A stretch of DNA of 64,000 nucleotides, taken from contig JAEOTM010000143.1 in NCBI GenBank assembly GCA_016839815.1, positions 1 through 64,000 on the forward strand. The letters run 5' to 3'. The translations under genes and the position numbers were made by a program. Positions 38,054 through 48,761 of this stretch are shown in pieces. Positions within the stretch are counted from its first letter, which is position 1; every line of letters starts with the position of its first letter. The notes beneath the pieces are model-generated. The model saw only the letters and a program-made list of their open reading frames with translations. It was not told the DNA's origin and did not search any database. The DNA is from Candidatus Hodarchaeota archaeon (GTDB taxonomy: Archaea; Asgardarchaeota; Heimdallarchaeia; Hodarchaeales; Hodarchaeaceae).

Positions 38054-39649
38054 TTGACATCGAGCTCACGGAGAATAGCTGGCATGACCGTTGAAGACAA
38101 GATAGTTCCTGATGATAATTATTCCATTCAAATGAAAAATATAAATAAAACGTTTCCTGGTCCTGTTTATGCCAATAAAGGAGTTAATTTACATATACGC
38201 AAGGGAGAGATACATGCATTACTGGGCGAAAATGGAGCTGGAAAAACAACTCTTATGAATGTATTGTATGGCCTTTATGGTCCTGATGACGACTCTTCAC
38301 AGATTCTGATCAATGGCCGTGAAGTGAAAATTAAAGAACCAATGAATGCGATGGAAGTTGGAATTGGTATGGTTCACCAGCATTTTATGTTGGTACCAAT
38401 AATGACTGTAGCTGAAAACTGTGGATTAGGCGCAGAATCTACTTTTCAAGGAATCAGGTTAGATGAAACCAAGATGAGAAACAAGGTTCAAAAGATCTCT
38501 CAGGAATTTGGCTTAGAAATAGATCCCGATTCTATTGTAGAAGATCTACCAGTTGGTCTGCAACAAAGAGTCGAGATATTAAAAATCCTCTATCGTGGTG
38601 CAGAAATCTTAATTTTAGACGAACCAACCGCAGTTTTGACTCCTCAAGAAGTTAATGCATTATTCGAAACATTGAAAGCATTACAGGCTCAAGGGAAAAC
38701 AATAATTATAATTACACATAAACTGAAAGAACCTATGTTTCTAGCTGACAGAATTACAGTTCTCCGTCAAGGACAAGTAATAGGTACGATTGACAAAGAT
38801 AATACTACCTTAGAAGAACTAGCAGAAATGATGATTGGGAGAAAATTATTGAAGATAAAACGTCCGGAATTATCAACAGGGGATATTCATCTAGAGCTAG
38901 ACAATATATTTGTTACAGATGACCGAGAGCAGGAAGCAGTTAGAGGTGTTTCACTAAAAATAAGAAAAGGTGAAATTTTAGGTTTAGCTGGAGTGGTCGG
39001 AAATGGCCAACGAGAATTAGCTGAAGCGATTACAGGTCTTCGTTATGTAAAGGAAGGAAAAATCCTAATGGGAGGACGGGATATAGCTAATAAATCACCA
39101 CGATTTTTGTACGATTTTGGTTTAGCCTACATCCCAGAGGATCGTCAAAAAACAGGTTCTGTTGGTGACTTTACAATCGCAGAAAATATGATTCTTGGTA
39201 TTCATCATCGAAAAGAATGGTATTTAACTGGAGCTCTTTCTAGCTTTCTGAACTGGGAGAAGATTTACGGAGAGGTAAACAAAAATGTTGAGAACTATGA
39301 TATTCGTACACCTTCAATTACTACACCATTACGATATTTGTCAGGAGGGAATCAACAGAAAGTTATTGTTGCACGAGAATTATCGAAAAAACCTTCAGTA
39401 ATTGTTGCAAGTCAACCTACCCGAGGACTGGATGTTGGAGTTATAGAATATGTACATACAAGATTATTAGAACTTAGGAAAGAAGGAAAGGCAATCCTTT
39501 TAATCTCAAGCGATCTAGACGAAATTCTATCAATATCTGATAGAATTGCTGTAATATATGAGGGAGAAATAATTGCGATCGAAGATCCATCAGAAACTAA
39601 TGAACAGAGATTAGGACTACTAATGGCTGGACAAAATTTAGGTGATTAA
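38054..39649 (+). CDS. Nucleoside/sugar ABC transporter ATPase, tandem domains (NupA-like)
   Basis: GENGAGKT, VHQHF, LDEPT, LSGGNQQK, QPTRGLD; true start may be ATG 38084. Confidence 0.92.
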   Translation: MTSSSRRIAGMTVEDKIVPDDNYSIQMKNINKTFPGPVYANKGVNLHIRKGEIHALLGENGAGKTTLMNVLYGLYGPDDDSSQILINGREVKIKEPMNAMEVGIGMVHQHFMLVPIMTVAENCGLGAESTFQGIRLDETKMRNKVQKISQEFGLEIDPDSIVEDLPVGLQQRVEILKILYRGAEILILDEPTAVLTPQEVNALFETLKALQAQGKTIIIITHKLKEPMFLADRITVLRQGQVIGTIDKDNTTLEELAEMMIGRKLLKIKRPELSTGDIHLELDNIFVTDDREQEAVRGVSLKIRKGEILGLAGVVGNGQRELAEAITGLRYVKEGKILMGGRDIANKSPRFLYDFGLAYIPEDRQKTGSVGDFTIAENMILGIHHRKEWYLTGALSSFLNWEKIYGEVNKNVENYDIRTPSITTPLRYLSGGNQQKVIVARELSKKPSVIVASQPTRGLDVGVIEYVHTRLLELRKEGKAILLISSDLDEILSISDRIAVIYEGEIIAIEDPSETNEQRLGLLMAGQNLGD

Positions 39650-39651
39650 AA

Positions 39652-42558
39652 ATGAGTTTAATGAAGTCAGAGAAGCTAAATATAATTATTGTCCCTATAG
39701 TGTCAATTATTTTGGCACTTCTATTAGGAACTGGCTTATTAATTTGGATGGAGTTTGACCCACTAAACACATGGGCTTACTTGGTAGTAAAAACCATGAC
39801 ACCCAATAATATTGCTAATACTCTTTTTAATTCGGCTCCCTTATTATTAACAGGACTTTCAGTGGCTGTAGCGTTTAGAGGAGGAATGTTTAACATTGGA
39901 ACAGAGGGACAAATGATGTTTGGTGGATTCGTGGCTGCTTTAGCAGGATTTGGACTGGGTCAATATTTTGATATTAAGTTACCACCCTATATCATGATTC
40001 CATTAGTATTAATTATGGGTATGATAGGGGGAGCTCTTTGGGCTGCTATCCCAGGATTACTAAAAGCAAAACGAGGAGTTCATGAAGTTATAACGACTAT
40101 TATGATGAATAACATTGCAGTTCTGCTAATGATTTATTTTGTTGGTGATCCTGAATTTTCACCCTTCATTGACAAATTTGGAGGAAATACCTCCCCACTT
40201 ACACCAAAAATTGCTGAATCGGCTCGTTTTGAACATATCGGTGATACATTAACTAATTCGCCTCTAGACTTCTTAGTAGTGTCGTTTAGACGTTCTCTTT
40301 TACATTGGGGTATACTAGTTGGCTTATTAGCATGTATAGTCGTGTACATCTTATTATGGAGAACAAGATATGGATATGAAACACGAGCAGTCGGATTTAA
40401 CAAACAGGCAGCGGAATATGGTGGAATAAACGTTTCGAGAAATATTATTAAAACAATGATGATATGTGGAGCAATGGGAGGACTTGCTGGGGCAATAGAA
40501 GTAATGGGGACTCATTATCGATTTATAGATGGTTTTACAGCTGGTTATGGGTTTGATGGTATTGCAGTAGCCCTTTTAGGTGGGAATCATCCTTTTGGAA
40601 TAATTTTTGGTGCAGTCTTATTTGGATGGTTGACTACTGGAGGAGTAGTTCTAGATATTGGAACTGATGTACCTAAAGATGTAGCAAACACGCTAAAAGG
40701 ATTTATCGTCTTTTTCGTAGCTGTTCCATTAATTGCACAACAATTACTTAACTTTTCTCAAAAAAGAGGGTGGGATCGTCGAATAAAATCAAAATTCACA
40801 GGAGTGCTAGCAATCATAAAGGATCAATGGAGATCGATTCTCGTAGGTCTTTTAACTGTGTTTATGTTATTTTACGTTCCTGAAATTATCTCTTTGATTT
40901 CTCAACCGCTTCAAGAAATAGGAGATTCAATCTTTGAACCTGTCTCGAATTTTTTTGTCAGCTTCGAATTTCTTGAACCAGCAGTAGAATTTTTGGAAAG
41001 CGTATTTTCGATTAGACTCATTTTTACAGTTTCAGTAATGGTTATTATCGTCTTCGGTCTGTTTAAAGGACGACAGAGAGGATTGCATCGATATAGTCAG
41101 TATTTGCTTATAATTCTTAGTGGTATCTTGTGTATCGACACAATATTCCAAATTTACAGGATTTTTGGGCAAGATATTACGCTTTTCGGCATGATCTTGT
41201 TAATTTTAGGATTCATAGTCTTTCAAGAAATTAAAGTAAGAGGTAGTGATATAGAAACACAAGAAATGCTTGAAAGAAAAGCACATCTCAGGAAAGATAC
41301 GGAAGAAAGTCTTAGAAAATATTCTTTTATTATAATACTGACAGTTATCATTATCATTGTAATGATAATAACTTCATCGTTACCGTTAACAAATCCTATT
41401 GATTTACCACCTTCAAATCTAATTAATATTCCTCCATTCATTACAATTAGGAATTGGGGATCAGTGGTAGCTCTTGCAGGAATTATTGTCTTAATATTAA
41501 GTGCAATTTATATATCAAAACTCCACCTTCCTGAAACTCATAGTTTATTCTATCTTATGACTGGAATAAGAATCCTGTATGGATTTACCGCTGTTTCAAT
41601 GATTTTCGGGTTGAACTCATCGAATTTATTACGTCAAACACTTGAAATGGCAGCTCCCATTGGCATGGCATCCCTTGGAGGTATGTTTTCAGAAAAATCA
41701 GGGGTCGTAAATATTGGATTAGAGGGGATGATGTTATCTGGAGCCTTTGTCTCTGTATGGATAACCTTCGAGACGGGTAACCCCTGGTTAGGAGTTCTAG
41801 GTGCCATTATTGGTGGTGGACTGATGGGTTTGTTGCATGCAATCGCCTCCATTCGCTTTCGTGCTGATCAGGTCGTTGTTGGTGTAGCAATCAATCTTGT
41901 AGCTTCAGCTTTAACAGCTTTAGGAATCCTAATTGTCTGGGATGTCCAAGGTACAAGTGAAAGAGCTGTACCTTTTACAAAGGTTAAATTAGATATTCTT
42001 ACAGAAATTCCCATCATAGGTGACTTACTTTTCGAGCTTTCTGGTGGAGTAAAAGGTCTCTCCCCAATCGTCTATGTCTTCATTTTTGTGATTATAGTAA
42101 GCGCCTGGGTTATTCAACGAACAGCTTTTGGATTAAGAATTAGAGCAGTCGGTGAACACCCCAGGGCAGCTGATACATTAGGAATTAATGTTTATCAAAT
42201 CCGTTACATATGTGTAGTTCTTTCAGGAATTCTAGCAGCAGTAGGTGGAGCTCAACTTACTCTAGGGACAGTACCTAATTTTAGGACTGATGTTACTTCA
42301 GGGCGAGGTTTTGTTGCACTTGCTGCATTAATTTTTGGTGGTTGGACCCCAATTGGAGCGGCACTAGCTAGTTTACTTTTTGCATTTGCCTATGCTTTCC
42401 TAGCTCAATTTGAATTACGTGATATTACTTGGATCTGGAACGCAGAGAAGCTTGTTTCCACACTTCCCTTTGTAATCACAATCATAACTGTGTCAACAGT
42501 AGCTAAACGCGCAAGAGCTCCTGCAGCTGATGGGATACCCTATGTTAAGGAAGGTTAA
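39652..42558 (+). CDS. Fused ABC permease (NupB-like + linker TM domain + NupC-like)
   Basis: FNIGTEGQ...HEVITTIM...GFDGIAVALLG in the N-half; NIGLEGMML...DQVVVGVAIN...GRGFVALAA in the C-half; continuous 968-aa frame. Confidence 0.88.
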   Translation: MSLMKSEKLNIIIVPIVSIILALLLGTGLLIWMEFDPLNTWAYLVVKTMTPNNIANTLFNSAPLLLTGLSVAVAFRGGMFNIGTEGQMMFGGFVAALAGFGLGQYFDIKLPPYIMIPLVLIMGMIGGALWAAIPGLLKAKRGVHEVITTIMMNNIAVLLMIYFVGDPEFSPFIDKFGGNTSPLTPKIAESARFEHIGDTLTNSPLDFLVVSFRRSLLHWGILVGLLACIVVYILLWRTRYGYETRAVGFNKQAAEYGGINVSRNIIKTMMICGAMGGLAGAIEVMGTHYRFIDGFTAGYGFDGIAVALLGGNHPFGIIFGAVLFGWLTTGGVVLDIGTDVPKDVANTLKGFIVFFVAVPLIAQQLLNFSQKRGWDRRIKSKFTGVLAIIKDQWRSILVGLLTVFMLFYVPEIISLISQPLQEIGDSIFEPVSNFFVSFEFLEPAVEFLESVFSIRLIFTVSVMVIIVFGLFKGRQRGLHRYSQYLLIILSGILCIDTIFQIYRIFGQDITLFGMILLILGFIVFQEIKVRGSDIETQEMLERKAHLRKDTEESLRKYSFIIILTVIIIIVMIITSSLPLTNPIDLPPSNLINIPPFITIRNWGSVVALAGIIVLILSAIYISKLHLPETHSLFYLMTGIRILYGFTAVSMIFGLNSSNLLRQTLEMAAPIGMASLGGMFSEKSGVVNIGLEGMMLSGAFVSVWITFETGNPWLGVLGAIIGGGLMGLLHAIASIRFRADQVVVGVAINLVASALTALGILIVWDVQGTSERAVPFTKVKLDILTEIPIIGDLLFELSGGVKGLSPIVYVFIFVIIVSAWVIQRTAFGLRIRAVGEHPRAADTLGINVYQIRYICVVLSGILAAVGGAQLTLGTVPNFRTDVTSGRGFVALAALIFGGWTPIGAALASLLFAFAYAFLAQFELRDITWIWNAEKLVSTLPFVITIITVSTVAKRARAPAADGIPYVKEG

Positions 42559-42613
42559 ACCCTTCTTTTTTATTAGTTTGATATCACTAAAAAGTCAATT
42601 GGATTGAATTGAA

Positions 42614-43849
42614 ATGGAAAAAACGCTTGTCTCCTTTTTTTCCCCAATTTCAGATGAAAAAAGTAATTTGAATTTAATGGAGAAGTGTAAGATAGGAGGA
42701 TGGAAAGCTATCCTTCCTTCTGAGGCAAATCAAATTTCACTTGAACAAGAATACGATGTCATATGGCTTTTTATAGGAACAGGAGGAACTGAAAAGTTAG
42801 TGATTGATTATCTTGAAAAAAACTCTAATAAAATCATACCCCTCATTGTAACCCATGACCATTACAATTCTCTTCCTGCAGGAATGGAAATTAGACGATA
42901 TCTTGAAGATAATGGAGTCAATACGAGGATAATTCATATCGATATGAATAATGTAACTGAAACTCTAGATCAGGAGCTGTTAATACACGAAGTTAGGCAG
43001 AAATTACAGAATTATAAGCTTGGGTTGATAGGAGAGGTGTCAGATTGGTTAATCGCTTCTAGAATAATTCCCGAGAGTGTAAAGGATATATGGGGATTAG
43101 ATTTGATTTCAATTCCCATGTCAGAACTAATTGATTCACTTTCCACCCATCGTAGTGAGACATTTTCTCATACTACAGAGGAGTTTCTTAATAAGGCGAA
43201 AAACTCCGATCGCTCCAAAAAACAAATCCAGGAAGCCCAATATGTAGTTCGCGCAATTGAAGACCTAGTTCAAAAGTATTCTCTAGATGGATTCTCCATT
43301 GAATGCTTTTCCTTGATTCAAGCAACGAATAGTACATCGTGTTATGCTCTTTCATATTTTAACGATATCGGACTTGTTGCTGGTTGTGAAGGAGATATTC
43401 CCTCAACTTTTACTATGATTCTTGTCAGACTTTTATTGGATCAACCATCTTTTATGGCCAATGTCGTAACTGTCAATCAAGAGGAAAATTCAGTGAATTT
43501 AGCTCATTGCACGGTACCCTTAAGTATGACAGAGAATTATACAATCCGCTCGCACTTCGAATCTAATAAAGGAGTAGCGCTTAAAGGTGAATTCAAAGAA
43601 AATGAACCTATTACACTCATAAAAGTTGGTGGGAGCTCCTTAACTGACTGGTGGGTATCCTCTGGAACCATTATAAGTAATCAGGACGATGAGGGGTGCT
43701 GTCGAACACAAGTAGAAGTTCATCTCAGGAATTCAGTCGATTACTTTTTACACAATTCCTTAGCTAATCATCATATTATGGTGATGGGAGATCATCAGAG
43801 GAAATTTGAGAATCTCCTTACACAATTCTCAAAGAAGGAGAATGGTTAA
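42614..43849 (+). CDS. L-fucose/L-arabinose isomerase-like protein
   Basis: IECF, AGCEGD, LAHCTVP, CRTQ and ANHH motifs of FucI-related proteins. Confidence 0.72.
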   Translation: MEKTLVSFFSPISDEKSNLNLMEKCKIGGWKAILPSEANQISLEQEYDVIWLFIGTGGTEKLVIDYLEKNSNKIIPLIVTHDHYNSLPAGMEIRRYLEDNGVNTRIIHIDMNNVTETLDQELLIHEVRQKLQNYKLGLIGEVSDWLIASRIIPESVKDIWGLDLISIPMSELIDSLSTHRSETFSHTTEEFLNKAKNSDRSKKQIQEAQYVVRAIEDLVQKYSLDGFSIECFSLIQATNSTSCYALSYFNDIGLVAGCEGDIPSTFTMILVRLLLDQPSFMANVVTVNQEENSVNLAHCTVPLSMTENYTIRSHFESNKGVALKGEFKENEPITLIKVGGSSLTDWWVSSGTIISNQDDEGCCRTQVEVHLRNSVDYFLHNSLANHHIMVMGDHQRKFENLLTQFSKKENG

Positions 43850-46332
43850 GACGCCCGAAGCCGTGAGTTAATCGTTAACCGTTCCAATGTCATTTTAACT
43901 GTATCTTTCACAAATTCGTTCTCTTTGACATATTCCTCTAAGTATTTCTTGACTTGCTCAGGATTTTCCAGACCTGCTAAGGAAACCACATTGCTGATTA
44001 CACTTTCAAAATGTGTTGGATGAAGTTTTTCCAATTTTGATCTATTTTTCTTGAACCAGTTCCATAAGTGATCGATAATGAACAGATTCCTTGCTGCAAT
44101 TATAACAGGGAAGATTTTATTCTTATTAGGCACGTTTTCTACAACGTAATCTAATGATTTAAGCATGAGATCTTTATCTTCGAAACTACCAATGGCGCGT
44201 AAGATATTCATTACTTCAGGTTCAGGAGTGTCTCCATCTTCGAGTTTTTGAAGTAAATCTGGAAATGATGATGGATTTTGGGCAGCTCCAATTCTCATTA
44301 TACTTGATAATAGATCTGGATGAACAGTTTGCCCTTCAAGATAGTCATTAAACTTCTGTAAGCCAAATTCGGCGACTCCTTCATCATTAAAGAGATAACT
44401 TGAAAGTAGGAGCGAACTCCTTAGGCTTGTTATCTTATGTGATTCTTTCTCTTTAGGCTCATATCCAATCTGTTCCAACACTTTAAAGAATGTATTAAAT
44501 CCAATTGTACTAATTCTCTCTCGTCTTGATTCAATTACTCGGAAGGCATGCACTAAATTAGCACTCATAGCAACAAGCGGTAAATACTCATCTTCATGAG
44601 TATAATATTCCATAAAATCTAAATAATCATCGATAGAATAATCCTCACTTCTCACAAAGGCATATAGATCGTTGTGGAGCCCATAACGGTCTCTTGGTGA
44701 AAGAATTTTTTGTTTTACTAAATTTCCCAACGCGTGAAGGTTCTCTTTTTCATATTTTACTCGGTAGAAACCTGTTTGCTCATAATTGAATTTATATGCA
44801 GTCATACCGTCTGGGATAGGGATTTCAATTGATTTTTCGCTGAAAACCAATCGTTTCGTCTCGATCAGTTGATTTTCTTGATAAAACGAAACAGTAAGAG
44901 GAATTATCCAAATCTCACTTGAAGATATATCGAGAAATGTAAAGCGACTTTGTTCACAGTGTAAGTTATTTCCAGTCTTCTGGACAGTTATTAACGGATA
45001 ACCAGGCTGATAAATCCATGTTTTCATCATTTCAGAAATAGGTTCCCCTGTAGCTTCTTCTATCCCTTGCCAATATGCGCTACTTTCAGCACACTCGAAT
45101 TTATACTTATTCAAAAAGTGTTGTATTCCTTTCTTAAATTTGGTTTCACCAAGGTATCCTTGAATCATTTGTAAGATTGCCCCACCTTTTGAATATATAA
45201 TTGGAGCTGTTGCAGCAGTAATTTTTGTTACTTCTCCTTTTCCTGGAAGTTCTATTGGAAATGTTTCAATTAATGAATCTCGTTCGAAAGCGGAATCGAC
45301 TTCACCAACCAAAAATCCTTCCCAAATTTCCCATTCAGGATGATAATGATCAGCAATTGCATAACCAAACAGTGTGGCAAATGATTCATTTAACCAGATA
45401 TATTTCCAATCTGCAGGACTTACTAAGTTCCCAAACCATTGGTGAGCTACTTCATGTGCGATTACTTCCGCAATTCTCTCAACACCAACTTTTGAAGTTA
45501 TGCCAGGATAAACTAGTAGGATATTTTCTCTATAGGTTATAGCAGCGTAATTTTCCATTGCCCCAAATGCAAAATCGGGAACAGCAATTTGATCTAGCTT
45601 GTCAATGGGAAATTTGATCCCAGTATATTGTTCTCCAAATTCAATACTTTTTCTACCAAAATCTAATGCATAATCCGCATACTGTGCTTTTCCTGGAGTA
45701 GTGGCAATACGATAGCGTATAGCCTCGGAGGAAGATTCAAGATATTCAAAATCTCCAATTCCAAAAAATAATAAATAACTCGACATTTTGGGAGTAGTGT
45801 TAAATTTTATTAGCTTTTTATCATTCTCTAAATCAGTTTCTGACTTAATACGGGTGTTAGCTATTCCGGAAAGCTCTTTATCAATAATATATTCTATATC
45901 GAATGTTGCTTTCTTGGAGGGATGATCAAAACAAGGAAAAACTTGTCGTGCATGTTCTTCTTCGAATTGTGTGACTGCAATGAATTTTTCCTCTCCATTG
46001 TCAATGTATTTACTTCTATAAAGACCCAATAATTGATCATTGATGCTTCCAACAAAATCAATCTTCAGATTAATCCAATTTTCTTTCTCTGGGAGGTTTA
46101 TAGAAAGTGTTTGTTTTTGAGGATTGACATTGAAGGAGCACTCCACGTCTTTTTCATCTTTTTTTAATAGACACTTCCAGATAGCAAGCTCATGTACATT
46201 CAGTTCAATTTCGTTGACAGGTTCTGTTGAATTAATATGTATTTCTGTTGAACCATTGAATTTGAATGTCGACAAGTCTGGCTCTAAATGTATATTATAA
46301 TGTATAGGGAAAATTTCGACCATAATTCTCAC
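43846..46332 (-). CDS. M1 zinc aminopeptidase (tricorn factor F2/F3 / PSA-like)
   Basis: GAMEN, HEVAHQWFG-x-NESFA, YSKGG, ERAP1-like C-domain. Confidence 0.93.
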   Translation of the reverse strand: MRIMVEIFPIHYNIHLEPDLSTFKFNGSTEIHINSTEPVNEIELNVHELAIWKCLLKKDEKDVECSFNVNPQKQTLSINLPEKENWINLKIDFVGSINDQLLGLYRSKYIDNGEEKFIAVTQFEEEHARQVFPCFDHPSKKATFDIEYIIDKELSGIANTRIKSETDLENDKKLIKFNTTPKMSSYLLFFGIGDFEYLESSSEAIRYRIATTPGKAQYADYALDFGRKSIEFGEQYTGIKFPIDKLDQIAVPDFAFGAMENYAAITYRENILLVYPGITSKVGVERIAEVIAHEVAHQWFGNLVSPADWKYIWLNESFATLFGYAIADHYHPEWEIWEGFLVGEVDSAFERDSLIETFPIELPGKGEVTKITAATAPIIYSKGGAILQMIQGYLGETKFKKGIQHFLNKYKFECAESSAYWQGIEEATGEPISEMMKTWIYQPGYPLITVQKTGNNLHCEQSRFTFLDISSSEIWIIPLTVSFYQENQLIETKRLVFSEKSIEIPIPDGMTAYKFNYEQTGFYRVKYEKENLHALGNLVKQKILSPRDRYGLHNDLYAFVRSEDYSIDDYLDFMEYYTHEDEYLPLVAMSANLVHAFRVIESRRERISTIGFNTFFKVLEQIGYEPKEKESHKITSLRSSLLLSSYLFNDEGVAEFGLQKFNDYLEGQTVHPDLLSSIMRIGAAQNPSSFPDLLQKLEDGDTPEPEVMNILRAIGSFEDKDLMLKSLDYVVENVPNKNKIFPVIIAARNLFIIDHLWNWFKKNRSKLEKLHPTHFESVISNVVSLAGLENPEQVKKYLEEYVKENEFVKDTVKMTLERLTINSRLRAS

Positions 46333-46450
46333 ATTGAGGTTAGAGTTTAGTTGAATAACCCGATTCAGAAAGAATTCTAAAATCCATATGATTGTTTTTC
46401 AAAAAAAAGGAGCACAATGCTACCATGTGAGGTTTAGTTCTAGATTTAGT

Positions 46451-47452
46451 TCAGGATTGAAGCTGATTATTGCTCCTCATCCACTCAATTGTAGTTGCTA
46501 CTCCTGTTTCAAAATCAACGGTGGGAACAAATCCTAACTCATTTTTAGCCTTGGTATTTAAATAGTTTCGACTGGTAGGTATTTTCTTTAATGCATTAGG
46601 TACATAAGGATACCCAAAACCCCTCCAGCGATAGTATTTCACTATAAAAGGCCAAAATGGTCGTGCAAGAATTAAAGGAAATGGTGAGATAAAAATAGGC
46701 TTTCTTCTCCCTAGTTTTTGCGCTATAGTAGTAAATATACTGCGATAGGTCTGAGGTTCATCCGAAGCTAAAATATAGATTTGACCAATGGATTTTTCTC
46801 TGTTGTTTACAATTTTAAGGAACCCTTGGATGATATCATCAATAAATGTAAAATGAAGTAAGGTTTTTGCTGAAGTTGGGAAGAATTTATTGATTATTGT
46901 TTTATCTACTGATTCGATCATCTCTTTAAAGACGTATCGATCACCAGGTCCAAATACCCCTGTAGGACGCACAATAGTGACAGGAAACTGATTTTGTTCA
47001 TACATTTGAATCAGTGCCCTTTCAGCCTCCATTTTACTACGTCCATATTCTTCATCGGGATTGTAATCTGATTTTTCTGTTCCATCAACAACTTTTCCCA
47101 TTGCCTCGGTAGTTGAACAATACACAAAATGTTTCACCTTAGCATTCATGCACGCCTCAGCTAGCTTTAATGTAGCAACTACGTTGTGTTCAAATAACGC
47201 CTCTTTTGAAGCTAAAAAGTTAAAATTAGCTGCAAAGTGAACGACACATTCTTTCCCCCCAACGGCATGTGAAAAGTCATCAGGTTTTGTTAAATCAAAT
47301 TCAGTAAACTTAACAGTAAGAGAATTTAGTTCATCAATATTAGAAGTCTTTCTGATTGCACAATAAATTTCAGCGGTTGGTTGTTCTTTGATTAAAGCCT
47401 TAACAAAAGCTTTACCGATAAATCCACTTGCTCCTGTAACTAAAATGCGCAT
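46451..47452 (-). CDS. NAD-dependent epimerase/dehydratase (extended SDR)
   Basis: TGASGFIG, YGRSK, RPTGVFGPG. Confidence 0.88.
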   Translation of the reverse strand: MRILVTGASGFIGKAFVKALIKEQPTAEIYCAIRKTSNIDELNSLTVKFTEFDLTKPDDFSHAVGGKECVVHFAANFNFLASKEALFEHNVVATLKLAEACMNAKVKHFVYCSTTEAMGKVVDGTEKSDYNPDEEYGRSKMEAERALIQMYEQNQFPVTIVRPTGVFGPGDRYVFKEMIESVDKTIINKFFPTSAKTLLHFTFIDDIIQGFLKIVNNREKSIGQIYILASDEPQTYRSIFTTIAQKLGRRKPIFISPFPLILARPFWPFIVKYYRWRGFGYPYVPNALKKIPTSRNYLNTKAKNELGFVPTVDFETGVATTIEWMRSNNQLQS

Positions 47453-47591
47453 ATAAATCGAAAACGAGAAATTAGATTTATCATAAAAGGCATTTGGGTT
47501 TTTAGTCTATTGAGATTAATCGAAGTCTTAATCAATTTGAGAAAGTATGAAGGATCACGATAAAGCTGAATACTGACACTGAGTTGAACCT

Positions 47592-48758
47592 TTGGATATG
47601 AAAAAAATTGGATTCTTGATAAACCCAATAGCTGGTATGGGGGGAAAAGTGGCGTTAAAGGGTACTGATGGTAAAGAAATATTAGCTGAGGCGATCATCC
47701 GGGGAGCAACTCCTATTGCAGAAAAAAAGGCCGAACAATTCTTTACTGAACTGATAAATTCCTCTCTGAACAAACAGTTAAAGTTCATCATTCCACAAGG
47801 AAAAATGGGATTGGATATTCTCCAGAAGAATTCTAAACTGATTGATGCGATTAATTATTCTATTTTAGAGCGTATTTCAATCCCAAACACAACAACAAGT
47901 CTGGATACAGAAGCTGTAGTTAAAGAATTATTACTTGAGAAAGTAGAGCTAATTATATTTGTGGGGGGTGATGGGACAGCACAAGATATTCATTGTGTAG
48001 TAGGTCTTAATTGCCCGATTTTAGGAATCCCATCTGGTGTAAAAATTCATTCAGGTGTCTTTGCTCAGTCTGTTTCAAAATCAGTTACTATCATCAGTAG
48101 GTTCCTTCAAGATCAAGTCGAGTTTAACGAAGCAGATATTATCGACCTTGATGAAGCTGCATTCCGAGAAGGTTCTCTCAATTCACGACTCTATGGTTCT
48201 TGTATTGTTCCACAAGCTCCTAGTCTAATGCAGCTTACTAAAACACATATGAAGTACACAGATAGTGAAGAGAATAATATTCTCGGTATAATTAGATATT
48301 TGAATGAAGAAATAAAACCAGAGATCTTATATTTTTTGGGAGGAGGGTCTACAATTTATAAAATTTCTCGTGCTTTTAATTCAAATGTTCAAAATAGTAA
48401 AACACTCTTGGGAATCGATGCAGTATTAGATGGAAGGATTATCCAGACAGATCTAACTGAATCGGATATTCTTAGTTTATTAGATAAGTATTCCGCTAAA
48501 TCTATCAGAATCGTTGTTACTCCAATTGGAGGTCAGGGATTCATTCTTGGGAGAGGGAATCAACAGCTAAGTCCTGAAGTAATTAGGAAAGCAGGATTGG
48601 ATTCAATTTTTATAATTTCAACAAGATCAAAAATTGACAATCTTCCTTACAGAACATTGCATGTGGATACAGGTGATTCTAAGCTAGATGCCCAACTGAT
48701 AGGTTATCAAAAGGTGTTAGTTGATTATAATGAGTATTGGGTATTGAAAATAGAATAA
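47592..48758 (+). CDS. ATP-NAD kinase-like protein (COG3199-type)
   Basis: NPIAGMGG..ALKGTDG, GGDGT, PSGVKIHSGVF, GGQGFILGRGNQQ. Confidence 0.85.
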   Translation: MDMKKIGFLINPIAGMGGKVALKGTDGKEILAEAIIRGATPIAEKKAEQFFTELINSSLNKQLKFIIPQGKMGLDILQKNSKLIDAINYSILERISIPNTTTSLDTEAVVKELLLEKVELIIFVGGDGTAQDIHCVVGLNCPILGIPSGVKIHSGVFAQSVSKSVTIISRFLQDQVEFNEADIIDLDEAAFREGSLNSRLYGSCIVPQAPSLMQLTKTHMKYTDSEENNILGIIRYLNEEIKPEILYFLGGGSTIYKISRAFNSNVQNSKTLLGIDAVLDGRIIQTDLTESDILSLLDKYSAKSIRIVVTPIGGQGFILGRGNQQLSPEVIRKAGLDSIFIISTRSKIDNLPYRTLHVDTGDSKLDAQLIGYQKVLVDYNEYWVLKIE

Positions 48759-48761
48759 ATA

